Positions 62,451 through 64,000 of a stretch of DNA of 64,000 nucleotides are shown here, in pieces. The position numbers and the translations under genes are program-made. Under the pieces are notes generated by a model. It had not been told where the DNA came from, did no database searches, and saw only the letters and a list, made by a program, of their open reading frames with translations. Each line of letters opens with the position of its first letter. Position 1 is the first letter of the stretch. The DNA is from Raillietiella orientalis (taxonomy: Eukaryota), in contig JAYWIR010000019.1 in the NCBI GenBank assembly GCA_036172245.1, forward strand, positions 496,001 to 560,000, given 5' to 3'.

Positions 62451-64000
62451 CCACAGTCTAACGCCCAGGACGAATCCTACATTCCATTCGTGTACCTTTC
62501 TTCTGTTCCCGCGACTACGCTAGTCTCAAAGGAGGGCGCATGCGTTTGGACGCCAAACGGGAGAATTTTCTGTAAGTTGGAACTAGCCGCACTTCTTTCT
62601 GTTTCCTTCCTGACGCGCACGAGTTCGGCGCCATTGACGCGGCGGGCTCGTATTGTACGCAGGATGTAGATAGCGTAGTCAAGCAGTTCATGTACAGTAA
62701 GCAAGCCCTGCACTGTAAAGCACCAGTAGTCCCGCTTACACCCAGCCAGCGAGCTTTTCCGCCTAGCTCAACTCCCTGTCAACAGAAGATGCGTCCGCCC
62801 AACAGAATATTGCAACAGCGCTAGGCAAAGAATGTCGACAAGACTGACGAGTGATGCGGCGGGTCTCCGGCATCAATGCTGAAGGAAAGCTTCAAATCTG
62901 GCGGTGACACCGGGAAGACGAAAGATGGCGTTCCACCGGCAGCAGCAAGACCGCCAGGGAAGACGTGGGAACAGCTAAGATGGGAAACAGGACGGGAGGA
63001 GGAAGAACGGCAGTCACGAGAGGTTCGCGTCGTCCCCTTTCCAAAGCCGTGTGCTGCGATCGTGCGGTGAGTAGATGCTGGCAAGCCGACGACGACGACG
63101 ACGACGAAGGATGGAGAGAGACCAGAGCGGCAAAGGATGGCGGGATACAGCACGATCGTCGAGGCAGAGTTCCGTGGGAACAGTGACGTACACTGACGGC
63201 AGGACCAGAAGAAATTCCCGATTCAAAACTGGGGAAGCAGGTTTACGGGAGAACTGGGTTTGGGAGAACGATCTTAAGAAGACGACCTTCCGCTCGCCAT
63301 CACGTCCAGAGGATTGGATTCCGGGAATCCCTTCCTCGCGCTCCATCAGATAATGAAAAGGTATCCTGTCTTAAGAGGGACTTCACGCGCGAGTCCGGAA
63401 AACGACTTGTGATGAGCCGATTGGAAGTGCTTCGAGTTTCATTCGAAGCCTTTTCTTTTCCCTCTCTCTCCATACACCTCTGAAAAGTGGATAGGAGCCA
63501 GGAACGGGATGTAGAAACACCAGGATTGAGGCTGTTTTCCGACAACCGCAGCCTGGGCATAATCATCTGGAAAAAACGCAAATCACAAAATGAAATCATT
63601 TGTCATGCATTCAGGGTCACACCAGTAAGGACTCTTTCGAGAGACCCACCACCTAAAACGGACTGGGCTCATGTCATCCATGCCCCATGTGTGAATTTCG
63701 GAAACTCGAAGAAACGTATCCCTTGGATACCCTGGCAAAACTTAGCCACCTTCCCGGAGCAAAATTGAACTCACCTTTCAGGCAAGACGGCAACTGCGTG
63801 CGCAAGTGATGGGGAAGGTTCGTGGCAGGCCCATTGAAAGAACAGCACTCTGCACCGGCTATTTAAAAATCACGAGTCACTTTAAATGATACATTTTTCA
63901 TGTTGATTTCCCATTTGAGTTTCTCCCCATCTCTTTTTGAATGGCTACGACCGTCTGCAAGTAAATCATGTGAAAATCCAACTGTTTACTTTTCTCGAAA

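Noticed and set aside
1..64000. CRISPR array, rRNA or prokaryotic operon
   Set aside because: No regularly spaced repeat-spacer array or rRNA motif was seen, and the genes are spliced eukaryotic genes.

Overview
Animal genomic DNA, most likely arthropod (inferred from a Beat-family gene, short GT-AG introns and mosaic composition). It is mostly very GC-rich and low-complexity, with sharply bounded AT-rich, CpG-poor islands. Two spliced minus-strand protein-coding genes can be built by hand. The first is a 5-exon TTC1-like TPR protein gene (14264->7964, 241 aa). The second is a Beat-family two-Ig-domain cell-surface protein gene, with a signal-peptide exon at 41010-40956, four Ig exons between 28428 and 23327, and an unresolved 3' end. 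The most unusual object is a ~150 nt plus-strand element at 16384. It starts like U2 snRNA and keeps the U6-pairing and branch-point recognition sequences. It has lost the upper part of stem-loop I, continues in unrelated sequence that can still fold into a IIa/IIb/IIc-like arrangement, has no Sm site, and follows PSEA/PSEB-like boxes at Drosophila spacing. The rest contains many heavily decayed non-LTR retrotransposon (LINE) ORF2 fragments, two tRNA-like SINE heads, two foldback repeats, strand-biased polypurine tracts and a ~600 bp alternating purine-pyrimidine tract. Most long ORFs in the track are artefacts of GC content. All family assignments come from motif recognition by eye; no database search was run.
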